64,000 nt of DNA, taken from positions 193,072-257,071 of the forward strand of contig CAZLUD010000001.1 in NCBI GenBank assembly GCA_964562615.1. Direction: 5' to 3'. Below, in pieces: positions 1-9,795 of this stretch. A model generated the notes under the pieces. That model worked only from the letters and a program-made list of their open reading frames with translations, was not told the origin of the DNA and did no database searches. A program made the translations under genes and the position numbers. Position 1 is the first letter of the stretch. Every line of letters starts with the position of its first letter. Source of the stretch: an uncultured Candidatus Saccharibacteria bacterium. Lineage in GTDB: Bacteria > Patescibacteriota > Minisyncoccia > Phycocordibacterales > UBA12088.

Positions 1-2
1 AC

Positions 3-182
3 ATGGAAGAGTACCTTAGTGCACTCGATGTAAAGTACAGAGAAGTGCTGGTACTATTTTATTTTGAAGAGCAATCATACGAACAAATTGCTGAAATACT
101 ACAAATACCCAAAGCAACCGTAGGCGTACGCTTAAAACGGGCACGAATGGCAATGAAGCAGGTAATCGAAACAACATCATGA
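3..182 (+). CDS. RNA polymerase sigma-70 factor, ECF subfamily, C-terminal region-4 fragment (5' end lies outside the window)
   Basis: Frame 3 reads MEEYLSALDVKYREVLVLFYFEEQSYEQIAEILQIPKATVGVRLKRARMAMKQ and stops at TGA 180-182. This is a typical ECF sigma region-4 HTH, with the stop overlapping the ATG of the next ORF. Confidence 0.6.
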   Translation: MEEYLSALDVKYREVLVLFYFEEQSYEQIAEILQIPKATVGVRLKRARMAMKQVIETTS

Positions 183-928
183 ACAATCTCAAACAAGCAG
201 TAATGGATACCATAAAGACAGGAAATGTCTCTATGCATTCTAAAATGCACTTTATTATTCGTGGCACACTCCTTGTTGCTGGGTTTATTCTATTGTTGGC
301 AGTGTCACTATTTCTGGTGAGCTTTGTGGTGTTTCTCCTACGAACCAACGGCCTACTTGGTATTGCTCATTTCGGGATGGATGGACTTGCGTCTTTATTG
401 TTTAGCCTTCCTTGGCTAATCCTACTTTTGGTTATACTGGTATTTATCACCCTCGAATTGCTTGCGTCACACTTCTCCTTTGTCTATACACGCCCACTCG
501 TATATTCAATTCTTGGAGGCAGTATAGTGATAGTTTGTGGCGGAGTCCTTATTGCACATAGCACCATTCATGAACAAATGTTTCGTCTTAATGAAATTCG
601 TCCTATACCTGGGATAAATTATATCTACAAGCAAGCACTCGTTACTCCAGAAGGAGTACTGATTGGCATTATTTCTAGCTCAAGCGCTTCATTTATAGAT
701 ATTACCGCAAGAAACGGTTCTAGTACGCGCGTCGCCGTCATTGAAAAAACCAGGCGACCTCCTATCCCATTTACCGCAGGAGATTCGGTAGTGGTTATGA
801 CCAAGAAAGAAAACGGCGTTATCACTGCAATAGGTATACGTCCTATTGAAAAGAATCGCGCACTATTACACAAAAAGGATAATAGACCGGAGAAAAAAGA
901 GCTGTGCGAAAGTGAAGGGTGTAGATAA
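179..928 (+). CDS. Putative membrane anti-sigma factor or membrane protein co-transcribed with the ECF sigma
   Basis: The ATGA start overlaps the sigma factor stop. The 249-aa product has several hydrophobic helices. The call rests on the position immediately downstream of the ECF sigma gene. Confidence 0.45.
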   Translation: MNNLKQAVMDTIKTGNVSMHSKMHFIIRGTLLVAGFILLLAVSLFLVSFVVFLLRTNGLLGIAHFGMDGLASLLFSLPWLILLLVILVFITLELLASHFSFVYTRPLVYSILGGSIVIVCGGVLIAHSTIHEQMFRLNEIRPIPGINYIYKQALVTPEGVLIGIISSSSASFIDITARNGSSTRVAVIEKTRRPPIPFTAGDSVVVMTKKENGVITAIGIRPIEKNRALLHKKDNRPEKKELCESEGCR

Positions 929-1054
929 ATGAAATATATCGGCTGTGGTGGTGTACTAATTAGTGTGGGGACGCTCACATGTCACAAGAGAAAGCAGCAG
1001 TATCTTGTAACCATTACTTATTAGTACATACATTATTTCATTTACATCACTCGT

Positions 1055-1648
1055 ATGATTAAAACCTATATAATAGCGGGTATTATTGCGACCAGCATAG
1101 TAGCAGGAACCACTGCATTTGCCGCTGAAGATGCATTACCACTACGCGGCATTGGCCACGGCGATAAAGGAGCAATGGTGGCAGAACTTCTTGGCATTAC
1201 ACAAGAAGAATTTATCTCCAGAGTCAAAAATGGTGAAAAGCCAAAAGACATGCTTGAAGCAGCTGGTATAACCAAAGAAGATATGGAGTCTGCGAGAGCC
1301 ACCCACATGCGTGAGCGACTAGCGAAGGCAGTAGCTGATGGCAAAATAACGCAAGCCCAGGCAGATGAAAAAGTCAAAAAAATGGAATTGCACAACGCAA
1401 AGCATGAAGCAATGCGTGTAGCCATAACCAATAATGATTATGACGCATTCATTACTGCAGTTACTGACACTCCCCTTGCCGACAAGGTAACACGAGAAAA
1501 CTTTGCAAAATTTGTAGAAGCACATCGTCTCCACGAGGCAGGTGATCATGAAGGAGCAAAGGCAATTATGGACGATCTTGGACTCACAGGCCCACACAAA
1601 GGTGGAAAGCATGCAAAAGGCATGGGACATCTCAAACAAAATCAGTAA
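1055..1648 (+). CDS. Secreted hypothetical protein with an N-terminal signal peptide, Lys/Glu-rich
   Basis: N-terminus MIKTYIIAGIIATSIVAGTTAFAAE looks like a signal peptide. A terminator follows. Confidence 0.5.
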   Translation: MIKTYIIAGIIATSIVAGTTAFAAEDALPLRGIGHGDKGAMVAELLGITQEEFISRVKNGEKPKDMLEAAGITKEDMESARATHMRERLAKAVADGKITQAQADEKVKKMELHNAKHEAMRVAITNNDYDAFITAVTDTPLADKVTRENFAKFVEAHRLHEAGDHEGAKAIMDDLGLTGPHKGGKHAKGMGHLKQNQ

Positions 1649-1683
1649 CCCCACACACAACAAGCAAGAATAGCAGGGTTATA

Positions 1684-1713
1684 AAACACCACCCCGTAAG
1701 GAGTGGTGTTTTA
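1684..1713 (+). terminator. Rho-independent terminator hairpin
   Basis: The sequence aaaacaccaccccgtaaggagtggtgtttt has an approximately 10-bp stem and is followed by a T-run. Confidence 0.6.
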
Positions 1714-1782
1714 TTATGCAACCAATACCATATTGTACAAAAAAATTGCCGGACGAATCCGGCATAAGTGGTCAAAAATTTA

Positions 1783-2199
1783 TTATGCTTCTAGAGGAAG
1801 TGATTGTAAGGTTTTTGTTGCATTTATCCATGTATTCACCTCCTCTATATTTGGAGATCTTCTACATACTCTTTTACTTGTGTTGATTTCAACAATTAAC
1901 TGATGCAATACACTTGGCTTTTGCTTACTCAGCAAAGATGCTGAGGTTATATTAGCTATTACCAATAACTCAAGAAACCCCTGACCAACTCCGTAAATAC
2001 TTGATAGCTCGATACGTCCGTCGGCTATCGACAAGTTGTCGAGTGGAATTTGTAGATATTCAGCAAATTTGCTTAAACTTTGAAATCTACTCCTTTTTTC
2101 CAAGTATGCCCCTACAGTACAAATTTTGTTTTTTTTCAGAACACCTCGAACTTCCGGATCGATTCTAACTTTCGAAAGTGGGTTGTAAGCCGTAGCCAT
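1783..2199 (-). CDS. Hypothetical protein with a helix-hairpin-helix-like motif
   Basis: The motif IELSSIYGVGQGFLELLVIANITS resembles an HhH DNA-binding motif. There is no firm family assignment. Confidence 0.4.
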   Translation of the reverse strand: MATAYNPLSKVRIDPEVRGVLKKNKICTVGAYLEKRSRFQSLSKFAEYLQIPLDNLSIADGRIELSSIYGVGQGFLELLVIANITSASLLSKQKPSVLHQLIVEINTSKRVCRRSPNIEEVNTWINATKTLQSLPLEA

Positions 2200-2240
2200 C
2201 TTTGCCTCCTTAGTTACCCAAATGGGTTATACAATAAAAC

Positions 2241-3467
2241 TTGATATATAGCAACACCATCAAAGGGATGTCATATCAAACACGCAAGGCTGTATGTGCA
2301 CCATGCGTAAGTGTACTAAGCACCTTACCGCAATACCGATACAGCACGCATGACAATAAAGTAGTACAACCGTGGATATTCTTTTCTACTATTTGCTATA
2401 CTGCATGTATGCGATTTGGATACATACAACAATTTTTCTTCTTTGGATTACTACTAGTTACCACGGCTACCTTTTTGTGGATGATAGGTGGATTTATTAT
2501 GCCAATCTTTTGGGCAATAGTGCTTGCGATTGTCTTTTATCCCTTTTTTACTAGATGTGCTGACACACTATTTGATAACCGCACCGTTGCCTCACTCATT
2601 ACCATACTCATATTAATTGTTATCGTACTTGTTCCACTTATCAGTATTGCAGGGCTGGTGGTAAAAGAATCAATCACCCTCTATCAAACTATTACTGAAA
2701 ATGGCTCGGCGCAATCACAAACACTCTCATTACTCGGACACCTCGATGATCTCTCATATTATCTTGAGCCATACGGCATCTCGGAGGAGATGGTTAAAGA
2801 AAAGCTTAAATCATACGCCACAGGCATATCATCGTGGCTTACCTCGTCTGCTCTCACGGTGAGCCAAGTTACCTTTTCACTACTTATCAATATTTGTTTG
2901 ATGTTATATATATTGTTCTTTCTCCTTAAAGATGGTGATGCGATACAAAAAAAGCTGCTCCACATTCTCCCGCTTGGTGATAAATACGAAAAACTTCTTT
3001 TTGAACGTTTCAGCGCAACCACTCGTGCGGTAGTCAAAGGCACATTGGTAATTGCGGTTATACAAGGGCTCATAGGAGGTACACTCTTTTACCTTACTGG
3101 TGTTACTGCCCCTGTATTGTGGGGCGTAGTCATGACATTTCTTGCCATCATCCCAGCAGTTGGCCCAGCATTGGTGTGGATACCTGCTGGAGTCATTCTT
3201 ATCCTCTCAGGATTTCTATGGGAGGGCTTTACCATCCTTCTTGTAGGGAGCCTTCTTATTAGCCTTGTTGATAATGTCCTTCGGCCACTCCTTGTAGGAA
3301 GGGACACGCAAATGCCAGATGCTATTGTCTTACTTTCAACGATAGGAGGTCTTGCCTCATTTGGTATATCAGGCTTTGTAGTCGGGCCTATTGTTGCTGC
3401 ATTCTTTATTTCACTATGGTCAATCTTTGAAGAAAAGTACCACGCAGAGCTCTCTCAAAACACCTAA
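2241..3467 (+). CDS. AI-2E family transporter (PerM/UPF0118). The true start is probably internal, e.g. the Met at 2409.
   Basis: The C-terminal half VKGTLVIAVIQGLIGG...AIIPAVGPALVWIPAGVILIL...VDNVLRPLLVG is the typical AI-2E core, with multiple TM helices. Nucleotides 2200-2260 look like promoter sequence, so the 5' end of the ORF is likely not coding. Confidence 0.8.
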   Translation: MIYSNTIKGMSYQTRKAVCAPCVSVLSTLPQYRYSTHDNKVVQPWIFFSTICYTACMRFGYIQQFFFFGLLLVTTATFLWMIGGFIMPIFWAIVLAIVFYPFFTRCADTLFDNRTVASLITILILIVIVLVPLISIAGLVVKESITLYQTITENGSAQSQTLSLLGHLDDLSYYLEPYGISEEMVKEKLKSYATGISSWLTSSALTVSQVTFSLLINICLMLYILFFLLKDGDAIQKKLLHILPLGDKYEKLLFERFSATTRAVVKGTLVIAVIQGLIGGTLFYLTGVTAPVLWGVVMTFLAIIPAVGPALVWIPAGVILILSGFLWEGFTILLVGSLLISLVDNVLRPLLVGRDTQMPDAIVLLSTIGGLASFGISGFVVGPIVAAFFISLWSIFEEKYHAELSQNT

Positions 3468-4091
3468 CTATTTGATTAGTTCAATATATTCTCCAAGTAC
3501 CCATCCTTCTGTCTTTGCATCTACGACGATGAGGTACCAACCGTCTTTTGTATCTTTGTATTCATACTCAGTTCGTGGTGACACACGAGTGACGCGTGTA
3601 CCCGATGGAGATGGTGTTGCTCGAACATTAAGCCACCCTGTCTCGGTCTCACGTATGCGAAGCTTCTTAACCGCCGCTGTAGGAGCAGGCGACGTGCTGG
3701 TTGCTTGCGTACTTGTCGCTACTGAAGGAGGTGGCGTGAGGCTATCATCAAGTGGAGCTTCGTCAATCACTACTTCTGGCTTATTAGTAGTAGAAATGCC
3801 TAGGGTAAGAAAGTGCGGAGCATAAAAAACTATCCCTGCAATAATCCCAATTACTGCACTCACGACTACTATTTGAAATAGTACCCCTAAAAACGAAACG
3901 TCCTTAAAAAACGGTCGATGAGGTCGTGGCGGATACGGCTTATTACTTGCGGTGTAAGCTTCTTCTACCTCATCTTCAAATACGTCTTCTATAATCTCTT
4001 CATGCTCGTGTTCATGTGCATGTGCATTCTCGCTCGATTTTGTCTTACGAGTGATATCTTCTGTATGTGGTTTTTGTCGTTTGCCCTCCAT
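3468..4091 (-). CDS. Membrane-anchored protein with a C-terminal bacterial SH3 (SH3_3) domain and a His/Glu-rich N-terminus
   Basis: The C-terminus GWLNVRATPSPSGTRVTRV...DGWYLIVVDAKTEGWVLGEYIELI matches the SH3b consensus. There is a single TM helix, VLFQIVVVSAVIGIIAGIVFY, and the N-terminus carries HAHEHEHEE. Confidence 0.6.
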   Translation of the reverse strand: MEGKRQKPHTEDITRKTKSSENAHAHEHEHEEIIEDVFEDEVEEAYTASNKPYPPRPHRPFFKDVSFLGVLFQIVVVSAVIGIIAGIVFYAPHFLTLGISTTNKPEVVIDEAPLDDSLTPPPSVATSTQATSTSPAPTAAVKKLRIRETETGWLNVRATPSPSGTRVTRVSPRTEYEYKDTKDGWYLIVVDAKTEGWVLGEYIELIK

Positions 4092-4124
4092 GGTATGTAG
4101 TATAACTCCAGAGTACAGCTTTTA

Positions 4125-6116
4125 CTATGCCTCAAACTTTTGTGGATCACACTCCTTGCACACCCCAAGTGAGGTGAGTTTAGCAAGATAATCAAGGACC
4201 GTAATGACATATTCTGCATGACTCCACACAAGTGGCGCAACAGAAACTTGGCTTCCAGTGTATGGATTAATCTGCTCTGACAAAATACCCGAAGGAGTGG
4301 CATATTTTGTCATCCATTCAAAGACTTTTCTCACTGTATCCAAGGCGGCATCATCTTTCGCAGTTGCAATATCAAATTGCGCAAACCATAGTGAAGTTAT
4401 AAACCAAGCATTTTCAGATGCCTCATCTCCTGATCTAAAGTACTGATCGTGTTCATATCGCTTGATACCTCCAATATGCGTATCTACTTGTAGCTTCTTT
4501 CTTGTTACGGTAAACGCTCGCATGAGTCGCTCGTCAGTAGGAGGAAGTACTCCAAAGCGAAACACGCCGTACGCACTACTTGCATCCATGGTTCTATCTG
4601 CATGAACCACCCCTCCTTCAATCGTTATTGAACGATAGAAAAATCCCTCCCCCGCATCATAGCAATGCTTGATGATGCTGTGCTGTATTTCTTTTGCAAC
4701 ATCACTATACGTTAGTGCTTCGTCATGCTTTCCTAAAAGGGTTGCAAATTTTGATGCAACGGTAAGCGCGCCAAATACCGATGATGCGGTAAAGGTATGT
4801 ACCCCGTATCGCTCTTCCCATATATCGTAACTCGGTAGTGGCATTCCTGTTTTTTCATCACGATACGCGCACAAAAATTGTGCCGTCTTTTTTATGAGTG
4901 TATTGTATACCTCTTCAATAAATTCAAGATCCTTGGATAGCTCGTAGTAGCGCCAGAGCGAATACAGTACAAGCGCGGTCTCATCCTCTTGAATAGGAAG
5001 TGCCCGTTTTCCCTCTTTTACCCATGGATGCCACGAGCTGCCAAGAGAGCCGTCAACACCATACTTATGCATAAAGTAACCACCGTCAGAAACTATCCGG
5101 TTACAAAACTCAAAAAAGCGTTTTGCCGGAGAGTAGGAACCTGATTGATATAGCGCAATCGTAGTAATAGCACCGTCACGTGGCCATGAGTATGCATAAG
5201 AGTCTTTACCTTGATGAAGAATATCAGAGTCCGAAGAAGCAATAACCGCACCGCCCGCGTCAACGTGTGCTCGAATAGTAAACAAAGATCGCTTGAACAA
5301 TGCAATTGCCTTCTCTCCCATACCGTAAAAGGTGTATGGTCTTCGACTAACCCATGCCCGCCAAAAGTCCGTCGTAGTAGTAATCAAATGCTGTGGGCCC
5401 TTTTGAAGCACATACGAATTAAGACTAACCACGTCAGGTATTGATGACCCCGCACACATCCAAAAAAACACCTCTTTTTGCTCACGAGGCAACAACCTAA
5501 GTCCACACCCAATCACCGAATCAGCTGGCCCATGTTCTATTGGGTTCTTAGAAAGTATTCCCTCTTCTGCGTCCCTAAAGGAACCTTCTTTATTCCATAT
5601 ACCCTGTATGCCGGTGGTGTACTCACTAAACTTTTTGCCATCAACCATTGCGTTTACCAAGAACACCCGCTTACCTTTATAATGAATGACTGTGTGCGTA
5701 TCGGGGTCAAAGTATGCCGTGTGTGCTGTTGATGATTCGTATATTTGAAACTCTTGTCCAAAGAAAATTTTTACCACTCGCTCATCATTGCGTTCATTTT
5801 TTATCAAAAACTTTCTCACCAAAATTGCTTTTTCGTTATACACCACATCAGTAATAGTAATAGAGATACCAAGTTCATGATTGTATGCAGTGGTAACACC
5901 AACCTGCGAATCCACCTCAGAGCCAACTTGTATATCCCACGCATTATCAACAAACCAATAAAAGGTTCCATCGACCCACACTCCTACACGATGAATAAGC
6001 CCCCTACCTACGTGGTTTTCTAATCCAACTTGTGGATAATACAAGTCCTTAACCTGCCCGTCGGCATCAAATCCTATGAGCAAATTACCATTTCCGAGGG
6101 TGAGCGATCTAGACAT
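4125..6116 (-). CDS. Glycoside hydrolase family 15-like (glucoamylase/glucodextranase/trehalase-type, COG3387)
   Basis: The 663-aa product has an N-terminal beta-sandwich region followed by an (alpha/alpha)6-type region carrying the YSWPRDGA motif characteristic of GH15. It sits in a locus with GH57 and GT4 genes. Confidence 0.7.
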   Translation of the reverse strand: MSRSLTLGNGNLLIGFDADGQVKDLYYPQVGLENHVGRGLIHRVGVWVDGTFYWFVDNAWDIQVGSEVDSQVGVTTAYNHELGISITITDVVYNEKAILVRKFLIKNERNDERVVKIFFGQEFQIYESSTAHTAYFDPDTHTVIHYKGKRVFLVNAMVDGKKFSEYTTGIQGIWNKEGSFRDAEEGILSKNPIEHGPADSVIGCGLRLLPREQKEVFFWMCAGSSIPDVVSLNSYVLQKGPQHLITTTTDFWRAWVSRRPYTFYGMGEKAIALFKRSLFTIRAHVDAGGAVIASSDSDILHQGKDSYAYSWPRDGAITTIALYQSGSYSPAKRFFEFCNRIVSDGGYFMHKYGVDGSLGSSWHPWVKEGKRALPIQEDETALVLYSLWRYYELSKDLEFIEEVYNTLIKKTAQFLCAYRDEKTGMPLPSYDIWEERYGVHTFTASSVFGALTVASKFATLLGKHDEALTYSDVAKEIQHSIIKHCYDAGEGFFYRSITIEGGVVHADRTMDASSAYGVFRFGVLPPTDERLMRAFTVTRKKLQVDTHIGGIKRYEHDQYFRSGDEASENAWFITSLWFAQFDIATAKDDAALDTVRKVFEWMTKYATPSGILSEQINPYTGSQVSVAPLVWSHAEYVITVLDYLAKLTSLGVCKECDPQKFEA

Positions 6117-6555
6117 TATACGTAGAAAGCGAAGTTCTAACTGCGTCTATGGTCGCCTGCCTTGTTTTTGCACGTTTTATTTTTTTAGCGCAGGCGTCAT
6201 CACATAAGACAATACCAACCCATGGCACAAAGTCATTTCTATCCGCCGTAACATGATAAGAAAATTGTGCATCATCAATTTCTTCAAGAACACGAAGTAG
6301 TTCGAGTAAATTACTTATAACGTGTCCACTGCTAAAATAGAATCGATATTCTCCTTCAGCATGAAGCAAATCTTTCTTTTGAGATGATGTAGATGTGCTG
6401 GATTTTCTGGCGGCTTTTGGAAGTGCTGATCGTGAAGCTCGCTTCTTTACTGCTGGCGTTGCTTCTGTAACTACTTCTTTTTTAGCCATACGCATAGTGC
6501 CATTAACATTATAATTGCCCTGTATTCCTAATATATCTCTAAACGTTTCCCACAT
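6109..6555 (-). CDS. Hypothetical protein inside the glucan locus, Lys/Ser-rich at the N-terminus
   Basis: 148-aa ORF that overlaps the GH15 start by 8 nt. I recognise no domain. It may start at the internal Met (MRMAKKE). Confidence 0.4.
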   Translation of the reverse strand: MWETFRDILGIQGNYNVNGTMRMAKKEVVTEATPAVKKRASRSALPKAARKSSTSTSSQKKDLLHAEGEYRFYFSSGHVISNLLELLRVLEEIDDAQFSYHVTADRNDFVPWVGIVLCDDACAKKIKRAKTRQATIDAVRTSLSTYNV

Positions 6556-6597
6556 AGACTGAATGTATATAGTAAGTATACCACCGCGACTCTATAC

Positions 6598-7806
6598 CTA
6601 TATCTTGTTATGCACAGCTTCTATACGAATAGTAAGATCTTTTATCGCATTCATGTAGGCAATAAAGGCATCGTACGGCGAGTCATACGGTGAGAAGTAC
6701 GCATGCACATCACCATCGTTAGACCACTTGGTGCACATATAGTAAAAGTGATCAGATGTCTGTAGTCTTCGCCATGATGTAATAAGCGCAAGGTCATTGG
6801 TAGCAAGAACTTTCTCTTCAAGAGCGTACACTGATTCAATTGCGCTTCGCTGCATATCATTTGCCACCCACGCGGTAAGGTCTCTATCTGTATCTGCCCA
6901 CGTAAGTATGTTTGGTGCGTCAATTTCTCCCCTATCGTCATAGGTCACAACCGTCTGTGATGGGGTCATAAATGTATTATCTGGATGCGCAAGAATTGCA
7001 GAAGGTAACGCACGAAGAAATTCAAATATACCGGTGTCTTCCCATTGATGTTCTCCGAATGTTTCAAAGTCCATAAAGAGATTCACCGTCTCACCATTTC
7101 CATTTATTGATGAGATCCAATGCGCATAGGTATCAGCAGTAAGTGGCCATGATTCCCAACTCTTTTGTCCAAAACGAAACGCAACATCATCAGACAATTT
7201 ATAATTTTTTAAAAGGAGTTTTATGTTGGTTGCTCCTTTTGGATGGTAGACAAAATTAGGACTTCTGTCACCCAAAATGGTATGCCACCCCTCAGCAAGT
7301 ACCGCGCGATACCCAGCGGCATCTGCCCACTGCCCTACATCGTTATTATAGGAAAGCTCGGTATTTCTAAATACCGTTGGTGTTACTCCAAACAAGTCCT
7401 GAATCTTATGTTTATGAAGCAGGACCTGTCGTTCAAATTCTTTTTTTGAATAAAAAAATGCAAGTGAGTGATAGTACGTCTCACTCAACACTTCAACTCG
7501 CCCAGTTGCTATTACCTGTTTAAATAACGTAAGCGTGTCGCTATCCCATGCAGCAAGTTGCTCCAGTACAATACCCGAAAATGAAAGTGCAAAAGTAAAC
7601 TCAGGGTGTCTTTCTAATAATTCCAACATCACCCGTAGCGTTGGCGCATAGGATTTTAGTGCAACCTTTTTCAGTATCCATTCATTATTTAGATTATGTG
7701 CACCAGTCGCGTTAAAGTATTCAGGATCTTCCCCAATATCGAACACTCTATACCGCTTTACCCGGTAGGGCTGATGAACCTGTAAATACATGCAAATTGA
7801 CGCCAT
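6598..7806 (-). CDS. Glycoside hydrolase family 57 (alpha-amylase / 4-alpha-glucanotransferase / branching-enzyme family)
   Basis: N-terminus MASICMYLQVHQPYR is the GH57 signature. The hits ALSFSGIVLEQL and LSETYYHSLAFF are also present. The ORF extends to 7827, but the motif position suggests a start near 7806. Confidence 0.8.
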   Translation of the reverse strand: MASICMYLQVHQPYRVKRYRVFDIGEDPEYFNATGAHNLNNEWILKKVALKSYAPTLRVMLELLERHPEFTFALSFSGIVLEQLAAWDSDTLTLFKQVIATGRVEVLSETYYHSLAFFYSKKEFERQVLLHKHKIQDLFGVTPTVFRNTELSYNNDVGQWADAAGYRAVLAEGWHTILGDRSPNFVYHPKGATNIKLLLKNYKLSDDVAFRFGQKSWESWPLTADTYAHWISSINGNGETVNLFMDFETFGEHQWEDTGIFEFLRALPSAILAHPDNTFMTPSQTVVTYDDRGEIDAPNILTWADTDRDLTAWVANDMQRSAIESVYALEEKVLATNDLALITSWRRLQTSDHFYYMCTKWSNDGDVHAYFSPYDSPYDAFIAYMNAIKDLTIRIEAVHNKI

Positions 7807-7807
7807 A

Positions 7808-9001
7808 TTACATAGGGCTTCTACCAACCCGCTTATAGATTGCTTTCATTCTGAGAGCAGATTTTTCCCATGTTGCTGCTGATGCTTCCGCCTTTCCGTG
7901 GCGAATCAACTCGTGTGCGAGTGCCGGATATTCAAGAGTACAGAGTATTTTATTCGCAAGCTCTTCAACATCCCAAAAATCAACTTTAAGAGCATGAGTA
8001 AGTATTTCAGCAACGCCAGATTGCTTTGACACAATTACCGGTGTGCCGTGCATAAGCGCCTCAAGTGGCACGATGCCAAATGGTTCTGATACCGAAGGCA
8101 TCACCACCACATCAGCAGTTTTATACATACTATCTCGTTCATCTCCCCATAGAGGGCCGGCAAACAGTACGTTCCCTGAAAGTCCAAGTGATGCAGTCTC
8201 CCGAACAATCTGTCGTTCCATATCCCCCGAACCAGAGATGACAAATAATACGTATGGATTTACCTCAGCCACTCTTTTTGCTGCCTTGATAAAATAGTCT
8301 GGGCCTTTTTGAATAGTAATGCGTCCATGATACAGCACCACGCGGTATCCATGTCCTCTCAATACTGCAAGTGATGCCTGCACGTCTGACGCACTTGCTG
8401 CAGTTCCGTTATACACCACTGATATCTTTGATGCATCAATTGAGAATTTTTCTATAATCATGCGTTTTGTTCGCTCACTTACTGCCACAATATGATCTGC
8501 CGATACAAAGGCGCTATGCTCTATATCATAAATCTCTTTGTCCACATGATTACTTGCTGCCTGATCAAAGGATAGTGCGTGCACATGGAGTATAAGTGGC
8601 TTTTTTGTTCTACGCTTTACCGCCACGCCCGCTAAATAGCTTACCCAGTCATGTGCGTGTATTACATCAAAGTCGGTGTCACATACCTGCTCTTGTATCT
8701 GGTGCGCATACACCTTTGATTCATCTATGAGTTTGTTCCATGAGTGGGTAAGCGGCATATCCCCATCTACGCGTAGTGAGGATACATAGGGGCCATGCCA
8801 CCCGTCTTTCGAGAAAAAGTCAGGGACAGAACAAAATATGACCGGCATAGTTGTATCAACCGGCTGTTGTTTAGGGAGCACAAAAGTAATATCGTATCCA
8901 TCAGCAATAAGCGCATCGGTGAGACCCTTGCACGCAACACCAAGACCGCCCATGGTTTGCGGAGGAAAATCCCAACCAATCATCAAAACCCTTTTACTCA
9001 T
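7808..9001 (-). CDS. GT4/GT5-type glycosyltransferase, glycogen (alpha-glucan) synthase-like
   Basis: Start MSKRVLMIGWDFPPQTMGGLGVA, followed by a C-terminal EX7E-type motif EPFGIVPLEALMHGTPVIVS. The ORF extends to 9058, which falls inside an upstream hairpin. Confidence 0.75.
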   Translation of the reverse strand: MSKRVLMIGWDFPPQTMGGLGVACKGLTDALIADGYDITFVLPKQQPVDTTMPVIFCSVPDFFSKDGWHGPYVSSLRVDGDMPLTHSWNKLIDESKVYAHQIQEQVCDTDFDVIHAHDWVSYLAGVAVKRRTKKPLILHVHALSFDQAASNHVDKEIYDIEHSAFVSADHIVAVSERTKRMIIEKFSIDASKISVVYNGTAASASDVQASLAVLRGHGYRVVLYHGRITIQKGPDYFIKAAKRVAEVNPYVLFVISGSGDMERQIVRETASLGLSGNVLFAGPLWGDERDSMYKTADVVVMPSVSEPFGIVPLEALMHGTPVIVSKQSGVAEILTHALKVDFWDVEELANKILCTLEYPALAHELIRHGKAEASAATWEKSALRMKAIYKRVGRSPM

Positions 9002-9043
9002 GAACGCATGTGCTGTATTACTACATTTATATTGTACCTCAAT

Positions 9044-9073
9044 ACAAAAGGGCGACATAGTCGCCCTTTTGTA
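9044..9073. terminator. Strong 13-bp stem hairpin, probably a bidirectional intrinsic terminator
   Basis: The sequence acaaaagggcgac-atag-gtcgcccttttgt is a perfect inverted repeat with T-rich flanks. Confidence 0.4.
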
Positions 9074-9219
9074 TATCTCACTGTAATAGAACTACTTTTT
9101 ATTCTTTACTGACTTTTTTGGTTTTTTCTTTTCTTTGTTTGATCGTTGTTCTGCCATATATTTTATATCTACTATTCAATAATAAACTCGACCGTCATAT
9201 AGATAGTCTACCACTCATC

Positions 9220-9795
9220 TTACTTCAAAATAAATGCATCTATTGCGTATCCGATGCCGTATGCAATTGCTGCCGCTACTCCACCAACTAAGAGCATCTC
9301 CATACCAGCATACAGCCAGTGCAGTCGTGTAAAGAGTGCCCTACCACTCCCCACCACAAAAAGGGTAATAGCCGTAGCGATAGCAGAAACTTCAAATTGA
9401 TACTCAGGGGCTACACCAAATAAAAATGGTGTAAGTGGGAGTGTTCCTGCGATAACAAATGCAATAAAGGTAGCGGATCCGTCTCCAATAGGAGAGCGCG
9501 CTTGCACATGAGAGTCTGTATCGTGTACCGCTTGTTCAGAGGAGAGCGCTAAGTATCTTGATGATCCCATCGAGAAACCGTCTGCAATGAGATTTGATAC
9601 TCCCAAGATAATTATTACGGTCGCACCTAAATCTGCTCCTGATGCACCCGAGACAACCGCAAACGTGGTAATAATACCGTCGTTAGCGCCATACACAATT
9701 TCACTCAAGTAATACTGAAACTTGCTACGTATTTGTTCAATCATAACTTCACTAGTGTTCCATGAGTCGTCGTGTACCGCAATAGCTATGCACAA
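9220..9795 (-). CDS. VIT1/CCC1-family protein (PF01988-like) membrane protein
   Basis: The motif YGANDGIITTFAVVSGASGA is the family signature. Hydrophobic helices lie in the C-terminal half. Confidence 0.65.
   Translation of the reverse strand: MCIAIAVHDDSWNTSEVMIEQIRSKFQYYLSEIVYGANDGIITTFAVVSGASGADLGATVIIILGVSNLIADGFSMGSSRYLALSSEQAVHDTDSHVQARSPIGDGSATFIAFVIAGTLPLTPFLFGVAPEYQFEVSAIATAITLFVVGSGRALFTRLHWLYAGMEMLLVGGVAAAIAYGIGYAIDAFILK

Noticed and set aside
16-348. Minus-strand ORFs 16..348 and 59..250
   Set aside because: They are antisense to the well-supported ECF sigma region-4 coding sequence and the start of the downstream membrane protein.
3391-3825. Plus-strand 144-aa ORF
   Set aside because: It lies entirely antisense to the SH3b membrane protein gene, which has a clear domain signature.
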